Assembly: GCA_028716565.1 (NCBI GenBank)
Contig: JAQUPL010000004.1
Coordinates: 68,236 to 132,235, forward strand
Length of the DNA: 64,000 nucleotides
Origin: Candidatus Omnitrophota bacterium
GTDB lineage: Bacteria; Omnitrophota; Gorgyraeia; Pluralincolimonadales; Pluralincolimonadaceae
Direction of reading: 5' to 3'
Shown here: positions 8,780 to 16,594 of the stretch, one piece after another
Numbering within the stretch: position 1 is the first letter of the stretch
Layout: every line of letters begins with the position of its first letter
Translations under genes and position numbers: made by a program
Notes under the pieces: model-generated
The model's input: the letters and a program-made list of their open reading frames with translations, nothing else
What the model was told of the DNA's origin: nothing
Databases searched by the model: none

Positions 8780-10177
8780 TTACATAACGGAAGGCGGCTC
8801 TTTGCCGAAGACCTCGAACTCCCAGAGCGAAAAACCGTACTTTGACCTGCGCTCAGAGCCGTAGACGCGCACATACCTGCCGGTAACGTCCAGGCCGGTT
8901 ATCTCCTCCGTCCCCCCTGCCCCGTTATCGGTTGAGTAGACGGTCCTCCATCTCCTGGCATCGTCAGAGACCTGGAGTTTGAACGCCCTCGCTGACGCGT
9001 TCTCCCATTCGAGCCGGACAGCCTCTATCACGCGGGGCTTGCCTAGGTCTATATATATCCACTGGGGGTCGAAGAATTCGGACGACCAGCGGGTGCCCAT
9101 ATCCCCGTCGACGGCGTTCCCGGCTGACAGTTCGGGGCCTTCGGCGGTCGAGGCAACCGCTTTCTTGCCGCGCGAAAGGAGTTTCGGCGCGTTGGGGTCG
9201 GGCGTAAAATTCGCGGTTATCGTCTTGTGCCTGTTCATCAGGATCGTGCCGGAGCTGTCGTTGCCCAGGTTAGCGTCCCCGTTCCAGCTTACGAATTTAT
9301 AGCCTATCCCGGGAACAGCGGTGACTTTGACCTTATCGCCCTTTTTATACCTTGGAAGCCTCGGCTCGACCGCTATCTTTCCGTTCACGGCAGATGTCAT
9401 AAGAAAATATGTCCCCGGTATTTCCTTCATGTAGACGCGGACATAATCGATCTCGTGGTATTGCGGGAAGACCGTCGTCTCGTCCGGGTTGCTCGGCATC
9501 GTCCCCCCTACCGCGGTATTGAGTATTATATAAAAAGGGCCGTGCGGGACGTTCCTCGTAACGGAAAAATGCCGGACGCCGTCTATATACCAGCGCAGCT
9601 CGCCTTCCTCCCATTCAAGCGCGAAGACGTGGAAACCTTTCGTGTAATCGGGGCCGGTGAAAACCTTGGAATCGTAACGGTTGCGCGGGAATTCGCCGTA
9701 GTGGTTCGTCATGTGTATCACGTTCGGTTTGCTCCCTACGAGTTCCATTATATCTATCTCCGGGGGCCACCCGCCCTTCGCCGGCATCATCCAATGGGCA
9801 GGCCACATGCCCTTTGTGCCGGGGAGCTTGGCGCGGACCTCGACGCGGCCGTATTCAAAAGAGTACCTGCCTTTCGTCTCGACAAGCCCCGAAGTGTAGG
9901 GCCGGCCCCCCCGTTCTTTCTTCTCGCTCTTTAAAATAAGTTTTCCGTCTTTTATATAGACGTTCCACGGAGAATAATATTCCAGTTCTTTGTTCTTAAC
10001 GAGCGCGGCGTCTTCGACCCTCCACTTTGCGGGGTCGACCTTGTCGCCGTCGAACTCATCGTGCCAGACCAGGTACCATCCGTCGAGCTTAGGGGGGACC
10101 GTCTTGCCGGAGGCGGCTTCGGCCGCGGGCAGGAATAACAAACAGAGCAATAATACCGGCGCGATGGCTGATCTCAT
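8780..10177 (-). CDS. Secreted GH16-family beta-glucanase with an InlB-B-repeat-like domain and a C-terminal F5/8-type-C (discoidin) domain
   Basis: It has a signal peptide and the GH16 catalytic motif EIDIMELVG (ExDxxE). The C-terminal 140 aa are discoidin-like (...WSSEFFDPQWIYIDLG...RLEW...). Confidence 0.8.
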   Translation of the reverse strand: MRSAIAPVLLLCLLFLPAAEAASGKTVPPKLDGWYLVWHDEFDGDKVDPAKWRVEDAALVKNKELEYYSPWNVYIKDGKLILKSEKKERGGRPYTSGLVETKGRYSFEYGRVEVRAKLPGTKGMWPAHWMMPAKGGWPPEIDIMELVGSKPNVIHMTNHYGEFPRNRYDSKVFTGPDYTKGFHVFALEWEEGELRWYIDGVRHFSVTRNVPHGPFYIILNTAVGGTMPSNPDETTVFPQYHEIDYVRVYMKEIPGTYFLMTSAVNGKIAVEPRLPRYKKGDKVKVTAVPGIGYKFVSWNGDANLGNDSSGTILMNRHKTITANFTPDPNAPKLLSRGKKAVASTAEGPELSAGNAVDGDMGTRWSSEFFDPQWIYIDLGKPRVIEAVRLEWENASARAFKLQVSDDARRWRTVYSTDNGAGGTEEITGLDVTGRYVRVYGSERRSKYGFSLWEFEVFGKEPPSVM

Positions 10178-11211
10178 GGCGTCCCGATCTTGAATTCGCG
10201 CAGGAACTTAGCCGACTCTTCCGGCAGCGTGACATTTACGGCCATACCCGAGCCGATCTCAAAGCCCGCCGGCGTAGTAAGGCGCGGTAGTATCTGTATA
10301 TGCCAGTGGTAATACGGCTCGCTCGCCGAGTAATGGGGCACGCTCCTTATGCAATAATTGTAATCGGGGTTATTAAGGCCGTAATATAATTTTGCGAGGA
10401 TGTCGCGCAGTATCTGGGCGAGCGGCGCTATATCCCCGGGAGCCAGGTCGGCGAACGAGGTCGAATGCTTGAGCGGCAATATCCAGGTCTCGTAAGGGAG
10501 CAGTGCCGCGTATGGGACGAACGCGACGAACTTGTCGTTCTGCATGACCAGCCGTTCTTTCTCTGTGAGCTCGCATTTTATCATGTCACAGAAGACGCAC
10601 TTGCCGAGCTCGTCATAGTATCTTTGCGCCTCAATAAGGGCATACCTCATATGCTGCGGCATCATCGCCGTCGCGATTATCTGCGAGTGAGGATGCAGCT
10701 GCGAGGCCCCGGCGCCGGCGCCCTGGTTACGGAATATTATGACCTGTTTATACGCCGGGTCCCAGTCGAGGGCGAGGTATCTCTCATGGTACGCCTTTAT
10801 GACGGCCTCGACCTCGGAGGGAGTCATCGTCGCGATAGTCTTGTTGTGGGCGGGGCTCTCGATCACGACCTCATGCTTTCCGATCCCTTCCATATGGAGG
10901 TATATGCCGGACTTATGCCTTTTCACCTCGATAGCCGCGCCTTTTTGCGGAGGGACAAGCACCGGGTATTTATTAGGTATCACCCTTATCTTCCATCCTT
11001 TTTCTCCGGGCTTTGTCCCCGGGTCGCGGATCGAGAAGGCCTCGGTCTGGTCCGGGGTCTCATTCCCTTCGCAGAACGGGCATTTTCCGTCATACGCCGG
11101 CCGCGGCGCCGGTAATTCTTTGCCTTTTTTGAAATCGTCGGATCTCTTCGCCCTTTCGGTGGCGATTGCCACCCACCTTTTGGTAGCGAGGTTCTCCCTG
11201 AGCTCGGACAT
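10174..11211 (-). CDS. galT: Galactose-1-phosphate uridylyltransferase-family (GalT, HIT superfamily) enzyme
   Basis: It has the CPFCEGNE zinc site and the HPHSQI (HxHxQ) active-site motif. It is 345 aa. Confidence 0.75.
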   Translation of the reverse strand: MSELRENLATKRWVAIATERAKRSDDFKKGKELPAPRPAYDGKCPFCEGNETPDQTEAFSIRDPGTKPGEKGWKIRVIPNKYPVLVPPQKGAAIEVKRHKSGIYLHMEGIGKHEVVIESPAHNKTIATMTPSEVEAVIKAYHERYLALDWDPAYKQVIIFRNQGAGAGASQLHPHSQIIATAMMPQHMRYALIEAQRYYDELGKCVFCDMIKCELTEKERLVMQNDKFVAFVPYAALLPYETWILPLKHSTSFADLAPGDIAPLAQILRDILAKLYYGLNNPDYNYCIRSVPHYSASEPYYHWHIQILPRLTTPAGFEIGSGMAVNVTLPEESAKFLREFKIGTP

Positions 11212-12132
11212 CTACTTGTCTCCTTTTTCTTTATGGATGACGGAAGCGAGTATCGATACGGCCAATAATCCGAATATGACCGCCAGCGAGACGCGGATAT
11301 CTATTTCCATAAAATGGGAGATGAGCATCTTGATGCCCACGAAACAGAGTATTGCCGAGATGCCCATCTTTAGATAACGGAAGACAGACATCATTCCGGA
11401 TATCACGAAAAACAGCGAACGCAGGCCGAGTATCGCGAATATATTGGAAGTATATACGATAAAAGGGTCCTTGGTGATGGCGAGGATCGCGGGTATCGAG
11501 TCCATCGCGAATATCACATCGCTCGATTCTATCAGGAGCAGCGCGATAAAAAGAGGGGTCGCCGCCCAGACGCCGTTATGCAGCACAAAAAACCTGTCTT
11601 CATGGTATTCCTGGGAGACGCGGAAGAACCTCCTGAACAGGCGCAATAAAGGGTTCTTCTCGGGTTCGAATTTTTCCTCTTTCCTCAACACGAGCTTGAC
11701 CGCGGTAAAAACAAGGAACGCGCCAAAAACGTATGTTATCCAGTCGAACCTCGTGAAGAGCCCTACTCCCGCGACGATGAACAGGGCCCTCAACACTATG
11801 GCGCCGATTATCCCCCACTTGAGCACGCGCGGCTGGAAAGTGCGGGGGACGTGGAAATATTCAAATATCATTATGAAGACGAAAAGGTTGTCGACGCTCA
11901 GTGATTCTTCGAGGATATAACCGGTAAGGAATTCGAGGGCCTTCACCTTCCCCATAAGAAAGAATATCCCCGCGCAAAAAATCAGCGCGGCACCGACCCA
12001 GATGGCGACCCACTTCAGCGCCTCCTTGACCGAGATCGCGTGCGACTTCCTGTTCACGACGAACAGGTCGACAAAGAGCATCGCGGTTATCGCGATGCCG
12101 AATATCGCCCATAACTCAAATCTGGCTGTCAT
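11212..12132 (-). CDS. TerC-family integral membrane protein
   Basis: It has multiple TM helices and the TerC motif FAMDSIPAILAITKDPFIVYTSNIFAILGLRSLFF. Confidence 0.85.
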   Translation of the reverse strand: MTARFELWAIFGIAITAMLFVDLFVVNRKSHAISVKEALKWVAIWVGAALIFCAGIFFLMGKVKALEFLTGYILEESLSVDNLFVFIMIFEYFHVPRTFQPRVLKWGIIGAIVLRALFIVAGVGLFTRFDWITYVFGAFLVFTAVKLVLRKEEKFEPEKNPLLRLFRRFFRVSQEYHEDRFFVLHNGVWAATPLFIALLLIESSDVIFAMDSIPAILAITKDPFIVYTSNIFAILGLRSLFFVISGMMSVFRYLKMGISAILCFVGIKMLISHFMEIDIRVSLAVIFGLLAVSILASVIHKEKGDK

Positions 12133-12138
12133 ATCAGA

Positions 12139-12897
12139 TTATTTCCCGCCGCAAACAGGGCATTTTTCATTTTTTTTATACTCCGATATCCTGATCTCGC
12201 CGGTAAGCGCGTCGTACCTTAACAGCCTCCCGACGAGGTTCTTCCCTATCCCGAGAAGGTATTTCAACGCTTCGTTCGCCTGAACAGAGCCGATGACCGC
12301 CGGGGCCGAACCAAGGATGCCGGCCTGCTGGCAATTGCGGAACGCCTCGGGGCCGGGCAACTCGGGAAAGATGCACCTGTAACATGGTCCCCTCCCCGGC
12401 AATATGAATGTCGCCTGCCCGTCGAAGGCGTAAATGCCGCCGTGCACGAGGGCCTTACCCAGAGAAACGCACGTGTCATTGATAAGGTATTTCGTCTCGA
12501 AATTATCGGTGCAGTCGAGAATTACATCGTAATCTTTTAACATGTCTTTCGCATTATCTGCGGCCACCCTGGCTTTTGTAGCCCTGATATCGATATCAGG
12601 ATTCATTTCCTTCAGTCTCTTTTCGGCCATAGAGGTTTTCGGCTTGCCTATATCTCCGGTGGAATATAATACCTGCCTGTGGAGGTTAGAAAGCTCGAGG
12701 TCATCGCTGTCGACAATGCCTATCGTCCCCACCCCGCAGGACGCAAGATATAAAGCGGCCGGCGAACCGAGGCCGCCTAGGCCTATTATCAGCGCCTTTG
12801 AAGACAAAAGTTTTTTCTGGCCTTTTTCTCTTATCATATCGGAGATGAGATGTTTCCTGTATCTCTCCCGCTGGACGGAAGTGAGCTCAGCCGGCAT
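12139..12897 (-). CDS. ThiF/MoeB-family E1-like adenylyltransferase
   Basis: It has the GLGGLGSPAALYLASCGVG nucleotide-binding loop, a CxxC...CPVCGG zinc motif and is 252 aa. Confidence 0.85.
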   Translation of the reverse strand: MPAELTSVQRERYRKHLISDMIREKGQKKLLSSKALIIGLGGLGSPAALYLASCGVGTIGIVDSDDLELSNLHRQVLYSTGDIGKPKTSMAEKRLKEMNPDIDIRATKARVAADNAKDMLKDYDVILDCTDNFETKYLINDTCVSLGKALVHGGIYAFDGQATFILPGRGPCYRCIFPELPGPEAFRNCQQAGILGSAPAVIGSVQANEALKYLLGIGKNLVGRLLRYDALTGEIRISEYKKNEKCPVCGGK

Positions 12898-13285
12898 CTA
12901 TCTCTTCCTCCTCGACCATGCCCTTCCTTATCCTGAAGGATCGGACCTCGGGCATGCCGTTGATAAGCGAGACGATGACATAGGAACACTCGGGATGCAT
13001 CGCGAGCTGGATATCGCGGAAAGAGGGATAGGGCCGGACATTCGGATGCGAATGGTAGATCGCGACCATATCCAGGTCCTGTGAACGCATGTCCCTGGCC
13101 GCGTCGAATTGCTCCTTAAGCGCTATCGCGTATCTCATCCCGCCCCTTTCGGTATTCGCCATCCGGTAGACCTTGCTTACCTTCCTGCTCTTTCCTGCCA
13201 GGAGGCCGCAGGCCTCGTTCGGGAATTCGTGTTTCGCGTGTTCTATCATTTCTGCGATGTGGACTTTTTTCAGGGATAATTTCAT
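12887..13285 (-). CDS. JAMM/MPN (Mov34) metalloprotease domain protein
   Basis: It has the HSHPNVRPYPSFRD JAMM motif (HxHx7Sx2D) and is 132 aa. It overlaps the ThiF-family gene by 11 nt. Confidence 0.8.
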   Translation of the reverse strand: MKLSLKKVHIAEMIEHAKHEFPNEACGLLAGKSRKVSKVYRMANTERGGMRYAIALKEQFDAARDMRSQDLDMVAIYHSHPNVRPYPSFRDIQLAMHPECSYVIVSLINGMPEVRSFRIRKGMVEEEEIDAG

Positions 13286-14253
13286 TTCAATATGACCTTA
13301 AGGAGGTGCAAAAGGAAATAGGTAAGCCACGCGGACGTAAAAGGCACTATAAGCCACATCAGGAGGTTCCTTACGGCATGATGTTTCTTCATGCTCGGCA
13401 TGATCCCCATGTCGGCGCAGCCGAGGCCGGTCAGGCTCGCGGTCACGGTCACGGAGACGGAAAGCGGGATCCCGCTTATCGACGCGGCCAAAAGCGCGGT
13501 GGCGCATATCAGCTCGATGATTATCGCCCTGACAAAACCTATCTCCCCAAGCTCCCTCTCGTCGGTCTCGAGCGCCGCCTTTCCGAAGATAAGGGCTCCC
13601 GCCGCGATACCTATGCCCGCGATCAGTATGCCCCACCTGGTATCTATGAAACCGACCGCGACTACGGGGGCCATCGCCTTTCCGACGCCGTTCGCCCCGC
13701 CCGCGAAGGCCACATAGCACCCGGAAAAGGTAAGGAGCGCCCCGAGCAGGGCCCTGCCCTTCTTCTCTTTCAGGTGACGGTACTCTTTGACGGCCCTGGA
13801 ATTAAGCAGTTTCCCGATGGCGAACGCGGCGCCGAATACGCAGATAGGCGAAAGAACCCACCAGGCGAGGATATCGGTATATTTCTCGACAGACATAGTC
13901 TCGTAATATATGCCTACCGCCGCGATGGAAGAGACGATGGCGTAGGTAGTGGGAATGGATACCTTGAATATGCTGGATATAAAATCGTAAGCGGCCGCGA
14001 CGGCCATGACGACAAAGACGATATAGAAATAGGATTTGAATGTCCGGATGGGGACTATGCCTTCGCTCAGGGTCTTCAGGACGGGAAGGCCGGATATTAT
14101 CGCGCCGAGGATGACGAAGATCGCGATCAATATCAGCGCTTCCTTCTTCGTGCGCACGCCGGTCCTGTAGGCCGCCTCCATCTCGGCGGCTGCGTTGTTC
14201 GCCCCGACGTTCATCGCGAGGAAGACCGCGATAAGGATTATAAAGAAGGTCAT
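13282..14253 (-). CDS. PiT-family inorganic phosphate transporter
   Basis: The N-terminal GANNAA motif is the PiT signature GANDxAN. It is 323 aa and polytopic. Confidence 0.85.
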   Translation of the reverse strand: MTFFIILIAVFLAMNVGANNAAAEMEAAYRTGVRTKKEALILIAIFVILGAIISGLPVLKTLSEGIVPIRTFKSYFYIVFVVMAVAAAYDFISSIFKVSIPTTYAIVSSIAAVGIYYETMSVEKYTDILAWWVLSPICVFGAAFAIGKLLNSRAVKEYRHLKEKKGRALLGALLTFSGCYVAFAGGANGVGKAMAPVVAVGFIDTRWGILIAGIGIAAGALIFGKAALETDERELGEIGFVRAIIIELICATALLAASISGIPLSVSVTVTASLTGLGCADMGIMPSMKKHHAVRNLLMWLIVPFTSAWLTYFLLHLLKVILK

Positions 14254-14313
14254 GGAAGTAATTATACCAGATTGGAAAATATTTTGGTAGCGGGAACGGT
14301 CAGTCCCGGATCA

Positions 14314-15429
14314 TCAGTTCCAGGCATTCCCCTTTATGAACGTGTGCCTGATCCTCAAATCCTGGTCGAATATCACGATATCGGCGTCTTTCCCGGGCTC
14401 GAGAGAACCCTTCCTGCCGTCGATACCGAGGATGCGCGCCGGATTAAGGCTCGCCATACAGACAGCCTCGGGAAGGCTTACGCCGGCGAACTTCATTATA
14501 TTCCTGACCGCGTCGTTGAGGCCTATGACGCTTCCGGCCAACTTACCGTTATCGAGCCGCGCTTCTTTGCCCTTTACGCGCACCTTCAGGCCGCCAAGCA
14601 TGAGGGTTTTGCCGCCGCTTCCTATCCCGTCGGAAATAAGGACGAGTTTACCGGTTCCCTTGGCCTCAACCGCTAATTTTACGGCGGAGGGATCGACGTG
14701 GATGCCGTCGGCTATGATGTCCGCGGTAATATTATCGATAGTAAGCGCCGCGCCTATGAGACCGGGTTCCCGGTGGTGTAAAACGGGCATAGCATTAAAA
14801 ATATGGGTGATATGCGTGGCGCCTTTCGCGGCGGCGGCCTCGACTTCCTTATAGCCGGCGGCCGAATGGCCGATAAACGGTTTGATGCCGCGGGCCGTTA
14901 ACGCCTTCAGCAGGCGCATCCCGCCCTTTACCTCGGGCGCGAACGTCACGGCCTTTATGATCCCTTTACCCTCGGAAAAGACATCCTCCATCCCTGAAGG
15001 GTCGAACGGGCGTATGTACTTACGGTTCTGGGCGCCACCGGCCCGGGGGTTAACAAACGGCCCCTCAAAATGGACGCCCAAAAGATTCGTTCCGGGATTG
15101 TCTTCGATGAAGTTTTTGACTATTCTTACGGTCTTCAAGAGCGTCGAAGGCGGGGATGAAACTGTAGTAGCGAGAAAACCGGTGACCCCATGTTTAGCCA
15201 GCCGGACGCACATCTCTTTCAGGCCCGGACCGTCCAGAGCGGCGGCCTTATCGGCGAATATGCCGTGGACGTGCATATCTATGAAACCTGGTGAAACGAA
15301 AAGGCCTTTGGCGTCCAAGACCTCGCAGTCCTTGGCAGGGACCCCGCCGGCCGGCGAGATCCTTCCGTTATTTACGAAAAGTGTCTTGCCCCGTTCGATC
15401 TTACCGGGTAATATCAGGCTGCCGTTCAC
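14314..15429 (-). CDS. nagA: N-acetylglucosamine-6-phosphate deacetylase
   Basis: It has the amidohydrolase fold, the PGFIDMHVHG metal-binding motif and is 371 aa. Confidence 0.85.
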   Translation of the reverse strand: MNGSLILPGKIERGKTLFVNNGRISPAGGVPAKDCEVLDAKGLFVSPGFIDMHVHGIFADKAAALDGPGLKEMCVRLAKHGVTGFLATTVSSPPSTLLKTVRIVKNFIEDNPGTNLLGVHFEGPFVNPRAGGAQNRKYIRPFDPSGMEDVFSEGKGIIKAVTFAPEVKGGMRLLKALTARGIKPFIGHSAAGYKEVEAAAAKGATHITHIFNAMPVLHHREPGLIGAALTIDNITADIIADGIHVDPSAVKLAVEAKGTGKLVLISDGIGSGGKTLMLGGLKVRVKGKEARLDNGKLAGSVIGLNDAVRNIMKFAGVSLPEAVCMASLNPARILGIDGRKGSLEPGKDADIVIFDQDLRIRHTFIKGNAWN

Positions 15430-15439
15430 TATGCGAAAT

Positions 15440-16594
15440 TTATATGAGTTCTTCGTATAACGCCTCTATCTTTTCCACCATAGCTTTAGCGCTAAAAAAC
15501 CGGTTGAGCTTATTTTTACCCGCCTTGCCCATCTCTTTGGCGCGAGCCTTATCTCTCAGTAAAGATATTATAGCTTGCGCCAGCGCGGCCGCATCTTTCG
15601 AAGGAACTAAGATCCCATTCACTCCATTCTCGACAATTTCAGATACCCCGCCGACATCCGTCGCGATTATCGGTATGGACAGGGCCATAGCCTCAAGCAG
15701 GCATCTTCCCATTCCTTCATTTAAAGAAGCCAGGACAAATATGTCCAACGCAGACAACGCCCTCGGGGCATCATTCGTTGCGCCGCGGAGAATGATATTC
15801 CGGGATAAAGAAAGCTCCTTGATCCTGTTTTCTATCGCGCGCCTTTGCGCTCCATCGCCCGTTATTATAACTTTTAAATCCGGAAAGATCCTGATGACCT
15901 GAGGTATCGCTTCGATAAAATACATGTTCCCTTTTACCGGCTCGAGCCTCGTTATGGTCCCTATTACCGGCCCGTTTGGCGGGATGCCGAGCGATTCCCT
16001 CGTCCGCGCAGGGTCATAGTTCGAGTCTATGAACTTTTCCAATTCTACTCCGCTATAAATAGGCACGAATTTATCGGCCTTCGATATCCTGAATCTAACG
16101 TGCTCGTCTTTCCCTCTTTGGGTCAACGTGATTATCCTGTCGGTGATACGCGCCGTGAGCCGCTCCAAAATGATGAACAACCTGTTCCTTGCCGGGCCAA
16201 AATAACCATAGAAGATATGGCCATGCGGGGTGTGGATTATGGCCTTGACGCCGGCTAACTTCGCTGCCCACCTGCCCAGGATGCCTGCTTTTGACGTATG
16301 GGTGTGGACTATGTCGAAATTCCCTTTCTTTATTATTGCGCATAATTTCAAAAAGGCGATCAGGTCGCTCCAGGGGGCTACCTGTCTTACTAGCCGGGGG
16401 ACTACCCGGTAATTTATCCCGTTATCGGACAAAGCCCTTCTTACCCGGCCATCGGGGTCGTTAGTCTTCCCGAAGACCAAGGTTACATCAAACCTTCCCT
16501 TATCCAGGCCGGAGGCGGTCAACAGGGTATTCTCCGAAGAACCGCCTTTATCTAAGCGCGTAATTACATGAAGGACTTTTAATCTTTTTTTCAT
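15440..16594 (-). CDS. GT4-family glycosyltransferase
   Basis: The N-terminus reads VLHVITRLDKGGSSENTLL and the C-terminal GT-B domain carries the EX7E-like region. It is 384 aa. Confidence 0.8.
   Translation of the reverse strand: MKKRLKVLHVITRLDKGGSSENTLLTASGLDKGRFDVTLVFGKTNDPDGRVRRALSDNGINYRVVPRLVRQVAPWSDLIAFLKLCAIIKKGNFDIVHTHTSKAGILGRWAAKLAGVKAIIHTPHGHIFYGYFGPARNRLFIILERLTARITDRIITLTQRGKDEHVRFRISKADKFVPIYSGVELEKFIDSNYDPARTRESLGIPPNGPVIGTITRLEPVKGNMYFIEAIPQVIRIFPDLKVIITGDGAQRRAIENRIKELSLSRNIILRGATNDAPRALSALDIFVLASLNEGMGRCLLEAMALSIPIIATDVGGVSEIVENGVNGILVPSKDAAALAQAIISLLRDKARAKEMGKAGKNKLNRFFSAKAMVEKIEALYEELI

Noticed and set aside
9227-11115. Plus-strand ORFs 9227..9934 and 10465..11115
   Set aside because: They are antisense to the GH16 and GalT genes and contain no recognisable domains.
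13306-14676. The 456-aa plus-strand ORF rich in R/G/D/H
   Set aside because: It lies antisense to the PiT transporter and NagA genes, which carry clear family motifs. Its highly biased composition is typical of a shadow ORF.
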